Below, one piece after another: positions 38,366 to 45,783 of a stretch of 48,927 nt of DNA. Origin of the DNA: a virus (Duplodnaviria > Caudoviricetes); the IMG/VR virus record IMGVR_UViG_3300035211_000002, positions 1 to 48,927 of that record. One strand, 5' to 3'. A program made the position numbers and the translations under genes. The notes under the pieces are model-generated. The model was not told the origin of the DNA. It saw only the letters and a program-made list of their open reading frames with translations, and did not search any database. Numbering within the stretch: position 1 is the first letter of the stretch; each line of letters opens with the position of its first letter.

Positions 38366-38731
38366 CTACTCTTCCCATTCAATCTTAATAGTGTTAATAT
38401 AGTTTGTGCTTAGTATGCCTGCATTATTAGTCGCATTTGCCTTAGCAGCCTCTTTAGAAGGCCAGACTGCACAACAATTAGCTACAGAATAAAGTTGCCA
38501 CGGTTTATAAATATTAACCCAGCCTTCCTTCTTGACAGGCACATTGATTAGCTGCATAGACATTGAACGAGAAGGTGTTTCACCATATTCATCCCATGTA
38601 CATAGACTTTCTATACCGTTTTTTTCCTCTACTAAGCCCACAATTGGATATACACTTAGTCTGTCTGTGCAGAGAATACGTACAGGATAGCCACACTTGG
38701 TTTGCACAGTTTTATTCAAATCTAGAGTCAT
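38366..38731 (-). CDS. Hypothetical protein
   Basis: LDLNK.VQT.CG.PVRILCTD...YPIVGLV...GWVNIY; AAAGGA RBS. Confidence 0.7.
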   Translation of the reverse strand: MTLDLNKTVQTKCGYPVRILCTDRLSVYPIVGLVEEKNGIESLCTWDEYGETPSRSMSMQLINVPVKKEGWVNIYKPWQLYSVANCCAVWPSKEAAKANATNNAGILSTNYINTIKIEWEE

Positions 38732-38747
38732 AACATATTCCTTTCTA

Positions 38748-40187
38748 TTAATTTAGTACCAAAGTTCTAGCTGAATAGATACTGAAGTCAGTACCCATAG
38801 CATCTTCCAGTTCTTTATAGCATTTCTCACATAGAGGTTTGTCAAACTGTAAGAATGTTATGTTATCGGAGGCGTATGCCAAGGGCGCATCACATCCTGC
38901 CATACAACACCCATCTTGTGTGAAGAAATCAAACCGTTCTTTGTCGATAATCTCCCCGTCGCTATCAATAGTAAATTTACCACACGGCGATACAGTCCAC
39001 TCTTCACCGATGTCCGGCGGCGACGCCTCTTGCCAACCACACCCTCGAATGAAGCCCCGTGTGTGCTCAGATTTTTTTTCGGTGCTCGTGGCCACCCCTT
39101 TACCGCCATCTATTACAGTAAGTGCAGTACTCTGCTTTGCAGGGGGCTTCTCGTCAGGCTTCGAGGGATTGTACTGCTCTGCTAGGAACGTACGCACTAC
39201 AGCCATAGCCTCTTGAGGTGAGTCCCATGTACCCTTAAGCATTTCAGGCATGTCACCCTTCATATTCTTACTGATACGCCACTTGTTGACGTTCTTATTA
39301 GAATCATAGTACGAATAAAAGCCACGTACAGCAGTAGTACTCTTGCCATTACGATTCAAAGTAACAGGTACATTGTCTACCTTAGCTACTTCCTTGTTAT
39401 TCGAACCCGCACCACCCGTATTCGTCGAGCCACCGGGCCATATGCTGTGATTGTGCCGTGACTGCGGAACAAAAGGGGCTGGTTCTTTACCCTTTACCTC
39501 CTTCTGTGTAGGCGCAATAACAATATCATTCCAGTTTAGAGGGATATTAAACGTGTACAGAGTATCCTCCTTAACCGGATAGATTTTACTGTGCACATAG
39601 TCATGTCTGTCAAGTACAAACCTAAGCATACCTGCTTCAGATGCAAAGAACATAGTACTACGATCTTCATTGTAACAATAGAACAGAGTACGTTCTTTAT
39701 TACGCAGAAAGTTGAGTGTCTTGTCTGTCTTGTCTACCCAAACAAAAGCCCAAGCTCCTTCAAGTTCCTTTACTACGTCCTCTGGCTCGTACTCATTGAA
39801 GTCATGGAACACAGCCTGAGAATCAGTAGCGTACTGTTCATGTGCAGATAGAACACGCTTATTACGCAGCGTGCCGTTGTGCATGCCAACAAGATTAGGA
39901 AAGTCAAACGGGTGAGCATTCTGCCTAGAGATATGCCCAATAGTAGCCCATCTATTATGCCCAAGGATTGCCTTATTAACTTGACGTACACCAGCATCAA
40001 AGACAGGCTGCTCAATTAGCTCCCAAGGAGTACCAACAGAGCGTGCTAGCTTACCAGTCATGTCTGCCTTCAAGAACACAGCACCTGTTGAGTGTGGTCC
40101 TCGTAGTGCGTCAGTAATTAGTAGTTCTCGAAAGATAGTGTCCTCTTTCTGGTGACACTTACCAATCAGTCCAACAAGTCCGCAAAT
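38748..40187 (-). CDS. Class II (Ntn) glutamine amidotransferase, ATT start, extended C-terminus (479 aa)
   Basis: (M)CGLVG...RGPHSTG...GHNRWAT...NAHPF...HNGTL...TDS...GAWA; AGGAGG 5 nt before ATT. Confidence 0.88.
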   Translation of the reverse strand: MCGLVGLIGKCHQKEDTIFRELLITDALRGPHSTGAVFLKADMTGKLARSVGTPWELIEQPVFDAGVRQVNKAILGHNRWATIGHISRQNAHPFDFPNLVGMHNGTLRNKRVLSAHEQYATDSQAVFHDFNEYEPEDVVKELEGAWAFVWVDKTDKTLNFLRNKERTLFYCYNEDRSTMFFASEAGMLRFVLDRHDYVHSKIYPVKEDTLYTFNIPLNWNDIVIAPTQKEVKGKEPAPFVPQSRHNHSIWPGGSTNTGGAGSNNKEVAKVDNVPVTLNRNGKSTTAVRGFYSYYDSNKNVNKWRISKNMKGDMPEMLKGTWDSPQEAMAVVRTFLAEQYNPSKPDEKPPAKQSTALTVIDGGKGVATSTEKKSEHTRGFIRGCGWQEASPPDIGEEWTVSPCGKFTIDSDGEIIDKERFDFFTQDGCCMAGCDAPLAYASDNITFLQFDKPLCEKCYKELEDAMGTDFSIYSARTLVLN

Positions 40188-40203
40188 AGTAACCTCCTAT
40201 TTC

Positions 40204-40803
40204 TTAGCTAAAGTAAATGTACTCGTCAAGTAGATTGAAGTACAATGATGTACATTCAGGGTGGTCTGGATACTCAGGATGAGGCTGAAAACACAGACAG
40301 TTAGTGTCCTCATACCAGATAATCTCTACGTCCTCTGGTGCGTCAGCAGTGAATAGTATTACACCTGAGTTACTGGGTATCATAATCTGATGGTGTGTAC
40401 TGGTTACGTTAGTCTCCTTGTAGTCTATCTCTACGTCTCTCGGATGCTGAGACATGGACAATCCGATAGTGGGTTTGATATTATGAGAGACGCAGTGACC
40501 ATCCTTATGTTGCAACATAGTACCACCGTTGCATACATTAAGAAATTGCCCACCCCTACAGATACCAGCCATAGGTAGGCGCAAACCAGTAGCTTTGAAG
40601 TACTGCGCTATCTCATCAATGTCTCTAGCTAGATGATTGTTGGTGCCTCTTTGCTTAGCAGCACGATAGAACTCTGGTGTTACGTCATGTCCACCAGTGA
40701 ACTGCACTAGGTCTGCCTCCTCCATGTTCTCTACTACAGTATGCCCACGCTTCTTGAACATACTAGCCGTCATTGGGTCGTCACCTATAATGAATACATT
40801 CAA
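40204..40803 (-). CDS. Class I glutamine amidotransferase / peptidase C26-like
   Basis: FTGGHDV.P..Y, GICRGGQ, STHHQ, FQPHPE. Confidence 0.9.
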   Translation of the reverse strand: MNVFIIGDDPMTASMFKKRGHTVVENMEEADLVQFTGGHDVTPEFYRAAKQRGTNNHLARDIDEIAQYFKATGLRLPMAGICRGGQFLNVCNGGTMLQHKDGHCVSHNIKPTIGLSMSQHPRDVEIDYKETNVTSTHHQIMIPSNSGVILFTADAPEDVEIIWYEDTNCLCFQPHPEYPDHPECTSLYFNLLDEYIYFS

Positions 40804-41681
40804 CTAAAGTTCTCCTTTGCACACTGGATTAAAATATTTAGAATTTGTTCTTGAGTACATGGTTCTATAGTAGAGTATATTGTACCAAAGCTGGACTTAT
40901 GTTCTATATACTCAAACTCTTGTTTAGCCATTTCTTCTAGTTTGTCATGAAGAGAAATTTCTTGGCTGACACCCCGCCATAAATCTTGGCACCAATTACT
41001 CAAATATCCTTTAGGATTAGTATTAAAACAAGGCGAGGGACAGCTCCAATTAGGATGATTAATATCAAACTTAATTAGTCTATGTATTTCTTCAATCGTC
41101 ACTCTAGGATTGAATGGCCAGTGTCCAACATGCCCTTGACTAATAACAAATCTATTACCATGCCTTGATAGCATTGCTATTAGCACAGCAGCAACAGTTG
41201 GGTGTATACCAGCGTCCAACAAGTCAAGCCAGAACTCATCGAATAGTCTTGCAGTGCCGTTGGAGCGACTCTCCCAGCCCTGTCTATAAGATTGAATAGC
41301 ACCAAGCATATAGTTACCGGGTATGTCAGTGCGTACTATCATACCTTTGTCTGCAAACTCACGTGGGGACACGATGGCAAATCTGAATGGGCTCTCACTG
41401 AACAGATAGTCCAGCCAAGAATCATACCATTCACTGTGGTCCTGTCTACCACGCCCACACTGGTTAGTATTAACTACGTACGCAGAGCCAGAAGATACTG
41501 AGTACAAACTTCTATGACATATATCAGACAGACAAGTATAGATACTATTACCATCCTTGTCCAAGACAGAATAGCATGCTACCTCATTACGAACACAGCC
41601 TCTGTTACGCCTGTCTATTAGATTTTTAATCCACTTTAGTTGTGTCTCATTGGATGGTATCATTCTCTGGTTTCCATACAC
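40800..41681 (-). CDS. Hypothetical protein within the ligase cluster (start uncertain)
   Basis: 293-aa ORF tiling between the GGCT and GATase genes. Confidence 0.65.
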   Translation of the reverse strand: MYGNQRMIPSNETQLKWIKNLIDRRNRGCVRNEVACYSVLDKDGNSIYTCLSDICHRSLYSVSSGSAYVVNTNQCGRGRQDHSEWYDSWLDYLFSESPFRFAIVSPREFADKGMIVRTDIPGNYMLGAIQSYRQGWESRSNGTARLFDEFWLDLLDAGIHPTVAAVLIAMLSRHGNRFVISQGHVGHWPFNPRVTIEEIHRLIKFDINHPNWSCPSPCFNTNPKGYLSNWCQDLWRGVSQEISLHDKLEEMAKQEFEYIEHKSSFGTIYSTIEPCTQEQILNILIQCAKENFS

Positions 41682-41997
41682 CGTTAGCTACCAAGGACTC
41701 TTCACGTACGTGCCCATTGTATTCGTATACCTGTACCTTTTCGCCCTCCAAAGTTTCTACTTCGATACGTTTGTACAGGCCAGCACTAACACCTTCGTAC
41801 GCATCGAGATGTCGCCACGCATCATTGTCAATTACTTCGAAGACTTCTCCGTGCACTACACCCTTGCCTTCAGTCTTGACACCGGGGTACCAACCAAGGT
41901 GATACATGCAGCCATTAATAATAGCTTCATTCTTGTACTTCAATCCCGGTCGCTTAGTACCCTTGAGTGTGCCGTATACGAATAGAAGATTAGTCAT
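41647..41997 (-). CDS. Gamma-glutamylcyclotransferase (AIG2/GGACT-like)
   Basis: LFVYGTLK, YPG, VHGEVFEV, LDAYEG, YKR. Confidence 0.9.
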   Translation of the reverse strand: MTNLLFVYGTLKGTKRPGLKYKNEAIINGCMYHLGWYPGVKTEGKGVVHGEVFEVIDNDAWRHLDAYEGVSAGLYKRIEVETLEGEKVQVYEYNGHVREESLVANGVWKPENDTIQ

Positions 41998-42173
41998 CTT
42001 TTCGAACGCTCCCTAATCATTGCGTCTGCATAATCATACGCTCCGCGTGCAATTCTATTTGGTGTGGAGTTGGGATCACTAGCTTCAGAAGTAAGCCATG
42101 ATTCTGATGGATGTTTAGCTATAATAGCCTGCATTGCTGCAATAGCAATCTCATCTTTTAAATGCCTAGTCAT
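41994..42173 (-). CDS. 59-aa conserved-type phage protein (not in ORF track)
   Basis: DEIAIAAMQAII...IARGAYDYADAMI, a widespread phage small-protein motif. Confidence 0.75.
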   Translation of the reverse strand: MTRHLKDEIAIAAMQAIIAKHPSESWLTSEASDPNSTPNRIARGAYDYADAMIRERSKR

Positions 42174-42176
42174 CTC

Positions 42177-42365
42177 TTACTTACTCCTTGGTAGTTGGAT
42201 TACTTCATCATCATTAGCATGGTACTCTTTGTGCTTAGTGCTGTACCGTAACTCTAATGATGCTTCATGTGCCTTGTCTATCAACTCATGCATCTTATCA
42301 AGCTGACCGTACACCATACAGTCCAGTGCCTGACGTAGATCATGTGCTATGCCATGCAACTTCAT
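42177..42365 (-). CDS. Hypothetical early protein
   Basis: Tiles in the early operon. Confidence 0.55.
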   Translation of the reverse strand: MKLHGIAHDLRQALDCMVYGQLDKMHELIDKAHEASLELRYSTKHKEYHANDDEVIQLPRSK

Positions 42366-42368
42366 TCT

Positions 42369-42578
42369 TTATGCAGCCTTATAATCTTGAGGGCAGGTAA
42401 CATTGTTGAGAAGGTGAGACTTAGTGACTGCGTACGCACGCCCATTGCTGCGGTCCTTAGTAGCTTCACGTTCTGCGATCTCATGTGCAGTGTACTGGCG
42501 ATTGCATAGTGGTGCGTTCTTCCAGTTCTGCATATGCCTCAGGTACTTACGTACGCCTTCTTCAGTTCTCTCAAACAT
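42369..42578 (-). CDS. Hypothetical early protein
   Basis: AAGGAG RBS before MFERTEEG. Confidence 0.6.
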   Translation of the reverse strand: MFERTEEGVRKYLRHMQNWKNAPLCNRQYTAHEIAEREATKDRSNGRAYAVTKSHLLNNVTCPQDYKAA

Positions 42579-42723
42579 TTCTATTTCTCCTTGCTTGCAT
42601 CTTGTTGAGACGACGTGCAACGTAACGCTTACGCTGACGTGTTGGTACTGACTCCTTAATCTCAGGCTTAGCCCACATCTCACGTACTTCAGGACGTACC
42701 TGTTTAAACCTACCTTTATGCAT
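42571..42723 (-). CDS. 50-aa basic hypothetical protein (not in ORF track)
   Basis: MHKGRFKQVRPEVREMWAKP...; overlaps both neighbours. Confidence 0.5.
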   Translation of the reverse strand: MHKGRFKQVRPEVREMWAKPEIKESVPTRQRKRYVARRLNKMQARRNRNV

Positions 42724-43348
42724 CAACATCTTCCTTTACATAGTAATAATAATAATAAAGATTAGTTACTTTGTCTTTCTTAGACACACACCACCGAGGT
42801 ATACCACGTTTAGTCCACTTAGGCACACGCTTATCATTGTTCCACTTGTCTACCATAGTACGACGATACGCTAGGTGTACGTCTTCAATATCTTTATGGA
42901 GGGAGCAGTTGGGGAAAGGTGTTACGTCCATACCAATTCTAGATATCTTATCAAATAGATTCCAGACTAAATCACCTGTACGATGTGGTTGCCTGTGTGG
43001 AAATCTATAGTCCCACTCATCACACATGTGACACAGCAGAGAGTGTAACCAGTCCATGTTACCGTCGTATGATCCTGCCCACACCACACAAGGATGGTGC
43101 TCATGCGTTGGCTTGTACATCCAGTCTTCATGTATACCACGTTGATGCAGTACAGTACACAGTATCTGTGCAGTCTCGACGATCATCTTGTTAAGCCTGA
43201 GATCATCAAGCATTTGTGCGCACTCTTTTGGGTCGGAGCTAGTTGCGAATATATTCATCTGAGCCTCTATCTCATCAAGTACTACTTTAAACCTAGAATC
43301 ATTGTCTATTTCTTTGATTGCTCTTTCCCTTAATCCTTTAAGATTCAT
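42716..43348 (-). CDS. Pyrimidine-dimer DNA glycosylase-like protein with 30-aa N-terminal extension
   Basis: MNIF....P...A..LDD.R.NKMI.E.AQ.L...YK.TH.HHPC..W...E...RF...H. Confidence 0.78.
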   Translation of the reverse strand: MNLKGLRERAIKEIDNDSRFKVVLDEIEAQMNIFATSSDPKECAQMLDDLRLNKMIVETAQILCTVLHQRGIHEDWMYKPTHEHHPCVVWAGSYDGNMDWLHSLLCHMCDEWDYRFPHRQPHRTGDLVWNLFDKISRIGMDVTPFPNCSLHKDIEDVHLAYRRTMVDKWNNDKRVPKWTKRGIPRWCVSKKDKVTNLYYYYYYVKEDVDA

Positions 43349-43364
43349 TTTCCTACTCCTATTT

Positions 43365-43416
43365 ACATAACAAGACAGGCCACACCAGAGTATTAGTGCA
43401 GCCTGTTAAGTTATAT
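43365..43416 (-). promoter_or_regulatory. Long intergenic hairpin, RNase III-site-like
   Basis: ACAGGCUGCACUA/UGGUGUGGCCUGU plus AUAUAAC/GUUAUGU, with G-U pairs on the - strand. Confidence 0.6.
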
Positions 43417-43429
43417 TAACCCGGTATTT

Positions 43430-43960
43430 TTAAGCGGCTTCGGCCTGAGGGGCTTGGATATCCTCATCGGAAGCAGTATTGTCAACCACCACTTCGAGAC
43501 GCTTGGCACGAGCAACCACCATCTTGTCGAACTCGATCTGTTCTTCCTTGGTGAGCTTCTCGTGTGCGTCCTTCATCAGCATTTCGAAACGCTTCTTCGC
43601 ATTGTCGAGGGTCAAGGCAGCCTCTACCTTGGGCTTTTCCCACGAGTAGTACGGAACACGCTTCTCGACAAACTTGATAGCAGTCTCCGACTTGTCAAGC
43701 TTTACCTTGAACGAGCCTTCTTTCTTGTCATGCTTGATTTCGAAAGGACCATGCGCCTTGAAGTACTCAACCACGATCTTGGCAGGAGAGTACAGACGCC
43801 CAGCCCACATAGCTTCAAGGCAGAGAGAGGCACGATTAAAATCACCATGCTTCTTAGCTGCTTCGATAGCGTCCTGCACCAATTCGTTTATGTCTTTGGT
43901 GAGGGTAGTGCCACGAGTACTGATAGACTTACACTTCTTCTTAAATTCAGCCAATTCCAT
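43430..43960 (-). CDS. Early protein resembling those of T7-like podoviruses
   Basis: SI.TRG..L...I......A..HGD...A..L.AM motif; GGAG RBS; flanked by hairpins. Confidence 0.75.
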   Translation of the reverse strand: MELAEFKKKCKSISTRGTTLTKDINELVQDAIEAAKKHGDFNRASLCLEAMWAGRLYSPAKIVVEYFKAHGPFEIKHDKKEGSFKVKLDKSETAIKFVEKRVPYYSWEKPKVEAALTLDNAKKRFEMLMKDAHEKLTKEEQIEFDKMVVARAKRLEVVVDNTASDEDIQAPQAEAA

Positions 43961-44001
43961 GTCAAATCTCCATTGTTAATTGGCAACGCGCACAACCACA
44001 A

Positions 44002-44050
44002 TGATTGTACTATGCTGCGCAGTAGCTTGCTACGCAGGGTACTACAATCA
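44002..44050 (-). promoter_or_regulatory. Long intergenic hairpin, RNase III-site-like
   Basis: TGATTGTA/TACAATCA plus CUGCGUAG/CUGCGCAG stems. Confidence 0.55.
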
Positions 44051-44236
44051 ATACAGCGTTTCTTCTAGCACTGTAGAACGTATCTCTTTCTTCTTACCAC
44101 ACTTTGTACACTGAGACACAACAACAGCACTGTATCTTCTGACATACTCAGTATCGTTCTCATTATACGCTATGTCATGAATTGTTATTGACACGAACGG
44201 AGGTAGTACAGGTTGATAATTGTGTTTACAGAACAT
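44048..44236 (-). CDS. Small Zn-ribbon early protein
   Basis: MFCKHNY...CTKCGK; GAGG RBS. Confidence 0.7.
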   Translation of the reverse strand: MFCKHNYQPVLPPFVSITIHDIAYNENDTEYVRRYSAVVVSQCTKCGKKKEIRSTVLEETLY

Positions 44237-44448
44237 CACACCAACCTCTGAATATGATAACCAATCCAGAACCCAGCTACTGCACACCCTAAGATGAACA
44301 CGCAATAGCCTAGCCAAAAATATTTCATTTTAGTTTCGTCCTCTATTTGTTTAGAACACTTTACGTTGTCATCACCATCAACTAAAGACTCTGATAGTGG
44401 ATATCCGCAGTAGTAACAGCTTACTCTACGATCAATCTTGTCACACAC
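44236..44448 (-). CDS. Small early protein with Cys motif and C-terminal TM helix
   Basis: AAGGAG RBS, GTG start; CYYCG and hydrophobic tail. Confidence 0.6.
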   Translation of the reverse strand: MCDKIDRRVSCYYCGYPLSESLVDGDDNVKCSKQIEDETKMKYFWLGYCVFILGCAVAGFWIGYHIQRLV

Positions 44449-44460
44449 ACTATTTACTCC

Positions 44461-45040
44461 TTAGTTACATAGCAGAGACAGCATTGGCCGCGCTACTAGT
44501 GAGATTGCGCAACACTAATATAGATTAAGGACGAGAGGCGCACATGGTCCTTTTGCCAAACAAGCACAGTCCAAGTCAGCTAGTCTCTTTGTGTGCTTGT
44601 GTCGTGGTCTACTGCCTCAGCAATGTAACTAATATCCTTAGTTCACAATCAGTCGTATACCGACTTCGCCGCCACACCATTTCTGTATTACGCTTTTCAG
44701 GCCGGATCGCTGCCGTAACAACGCACCGCTTACTTCTGCCGTATTGGCTCAAGCCTGTACCCACGATAAATGCACGCAGTTACAGTCATAGGTGTAACCC
44801 TCTGTTATGCACACATGATGCACGTCATGGAGGTAGATACTTAGAACGAGTTATCGTTAGAGTTTACAGTTATGCTCTCCTACTGAGTAAACCCAATAAG
44901 TTTGCAATGTCGTATTCCCTAAAGCTTATCGCTTCACCTTGCTTGGTACACTTCGCATTCATACAAACGCGCTATGGTTTATACTCAACGCAGACCAGCT
45001 TAACGCTGTTACCTCGCAGAGTTTAAGCAGAGTACACTCA
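44461..45040 (-). ncRNA. Candidate large structured non-coding RNA (~580 nt)
   Basis: No - strand ORF of 60 aa or more; about a dozen stems including a ~22-bp closing stem 44461-44483/44610-44632; G-U pairs favour the - strand. Confidence 0.6.
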
Positions 45041-45042
45041 GG

Positions 45043-45084
45043 CACTCTCTAATGACCACTACATAGAGTGGCCATAGGAGAATG
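45043..45084 (-). promoter_or_regulatory. RNase III-site-like hairpin at the 5' boundary of the candidate ncRNA
   Basis: CAUUCUC/GAGAGUG plus AUGGCCACU/AGUGGUCAU stems. Confidence 0.6.
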
Positions 45085-45213
45085 TCAACCTCTATTCAAT
45101 CGCCTGGCTTCAAGCAACCAATAACGTGACTGCTCGGGCTGGTGATTGAGGCGGTAATACGCTGCTTTCTGTAGACAACGCATTGCCCTTTCGAGCTTCT
45201 GTAATCTGTCCAT
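45085..45213 (-). CDS. 42-aa hypothetical early protein (not in ORF track)
   Basis: MDRLQKLERAMRCLQKAAYYRLNHQPEQSRYWLLEARRLNRG, starting 2 nt after the upstream stop. Confidence 0.5.
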   Translation of the reverse strand: MDRLQKLERAMRCLQKAAYYRLNHQPEQSRYWLLEARRLNRG

Positions 45214-45215
45214 AG

Positions 45216-45542
45216 TCAACCTACTAAGTAGTGCATACCCTTGCCGTCGAAGTGCATCTCAATCGGTACACCTGTACCACGAGAGTACACATGCTTACCC
45301 TTACTCGAACGTGTGAGCTTAGGCGGTTGCTTCCGTGCACGCTTGTCAGTACCCTTGATCAATTCAACCTTGGGCTGGACAGAGCGTACATTAGCGCTAG
45401 CTACATCGTCCCTAGGCATCGCATTTGGGTTAATAACTACCCACCACCTACCACGCTTCTCGAAAGTACAGCCGGTGATACGAGACACCTTGAGGAACTT
45501 GATAGCCTTGCGCCGGGAGACAAAGCGTCCCTCTATACGCAT
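45216..45542 (-). CDS. First early gene, basic hypothetical protein
   Basis: AGGAG RBS 8 nt upstream; 108 aa, Arg/Lys-rich. Confidence 0.7.
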   Translation of the reverse strand: MRIEGRFVSRRKAIKFLKVSRITGCTFEKRGRWWVVINPNAMPRDDVASANVRSVQPKVELIKGTDKRARKQPPKLTRSSKGKHVYSRGTGVPIEMHFDGKGMHYLVG

Positions 45543-45588
45543 AGCTGATGCTCCTATTAGTCATCGTGCTTATCGCACACCACCAGCA

Positions 45589-45605
45589 TTGCACAAGTCG
45601 TGCCA
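45589..45605 (-). promoter_or_regulatory. Sigma54 (RpoN) -24/-12 promoter
   Basis: TGGCACGACTTGTGCAA, GG-N10-GC spacing, one mismatch to TGGCAC-N5-TTGCW; just upstream of the first early RBS. Confidence 0.75.
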
Positions 45606-45614
45606 GTTGTTAAA

Positions 45615-45627
45615 AATCAATGACTTA
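45615..45627 (+). promoter_or_regulatory. IHF binding site 1
   Basis: AATCAATGACTTA, an exact match to WATCAANNNNTTR. Confidence 0.75.
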
Positions 45628-45642
45628 GCATTATGAGGGGGT

Positions 45643-45658
45643 GAACATAATGAGAACA
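45643..45658. promoter_or_regulatory. Alphaproteobacterial-type LexA box 1
   Basis: GAACATAATGAGAACA = GAAC-N7-GAAC. Confidence 0.7.
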
Positions 45659-45720
45659 GTGTAAGGTAGAGGATACATATTTGTGCAGTGCAGCAAGAGC
45701 TAAGTGATTGAGGGATGGTG

Positions 45721-45733
45721 TAAGTGATTGATT
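45721..45733 (-). promoter_or_regulatory. IHF binding site 2
   Basis: AATCAATCACTTA exact consensus; near-copy TAAGTGATTGA at 45701. Confidence 0.7.
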
Positions 45734-45767
45734 TAATTGAGAATTGAATGTGTAAAGTAGACCTTAC

Positions 45768-45783
45768 GAACAGAAGTAGAACA
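45768..45783. promoter_or_regulatory. Alphaproteobacterial-type LexA box 2
   Basis: GAACAGAAGTAGAACA = GAAC-N7-GAAC; extra GAACA at 45788. Confidence 0.65.

Noticed and set aside
44544-45026. 160-aa + strand ORF over the candidate ncRNA
   Set aside because: Antisense to the whole early arm, no promoter seen, composition not protein-like; not fully excluded without Ribo-seq
44461-45040. tRNA, tmRNA or group I intron identity for the structured region
   Set aside because: No T-loop/CCA acceptor ends or tag ORF recognised and no interrupted gene flanks it; family left unassigned
45060-45088. Sigma70 promoter TTGACA-17bp-TATGTA on the - strand ahead of the ncRNA
   Set aside because: Poor -10 lacking the final T and the shared ATACTATA block; better explained by a stop codon plus hairpin
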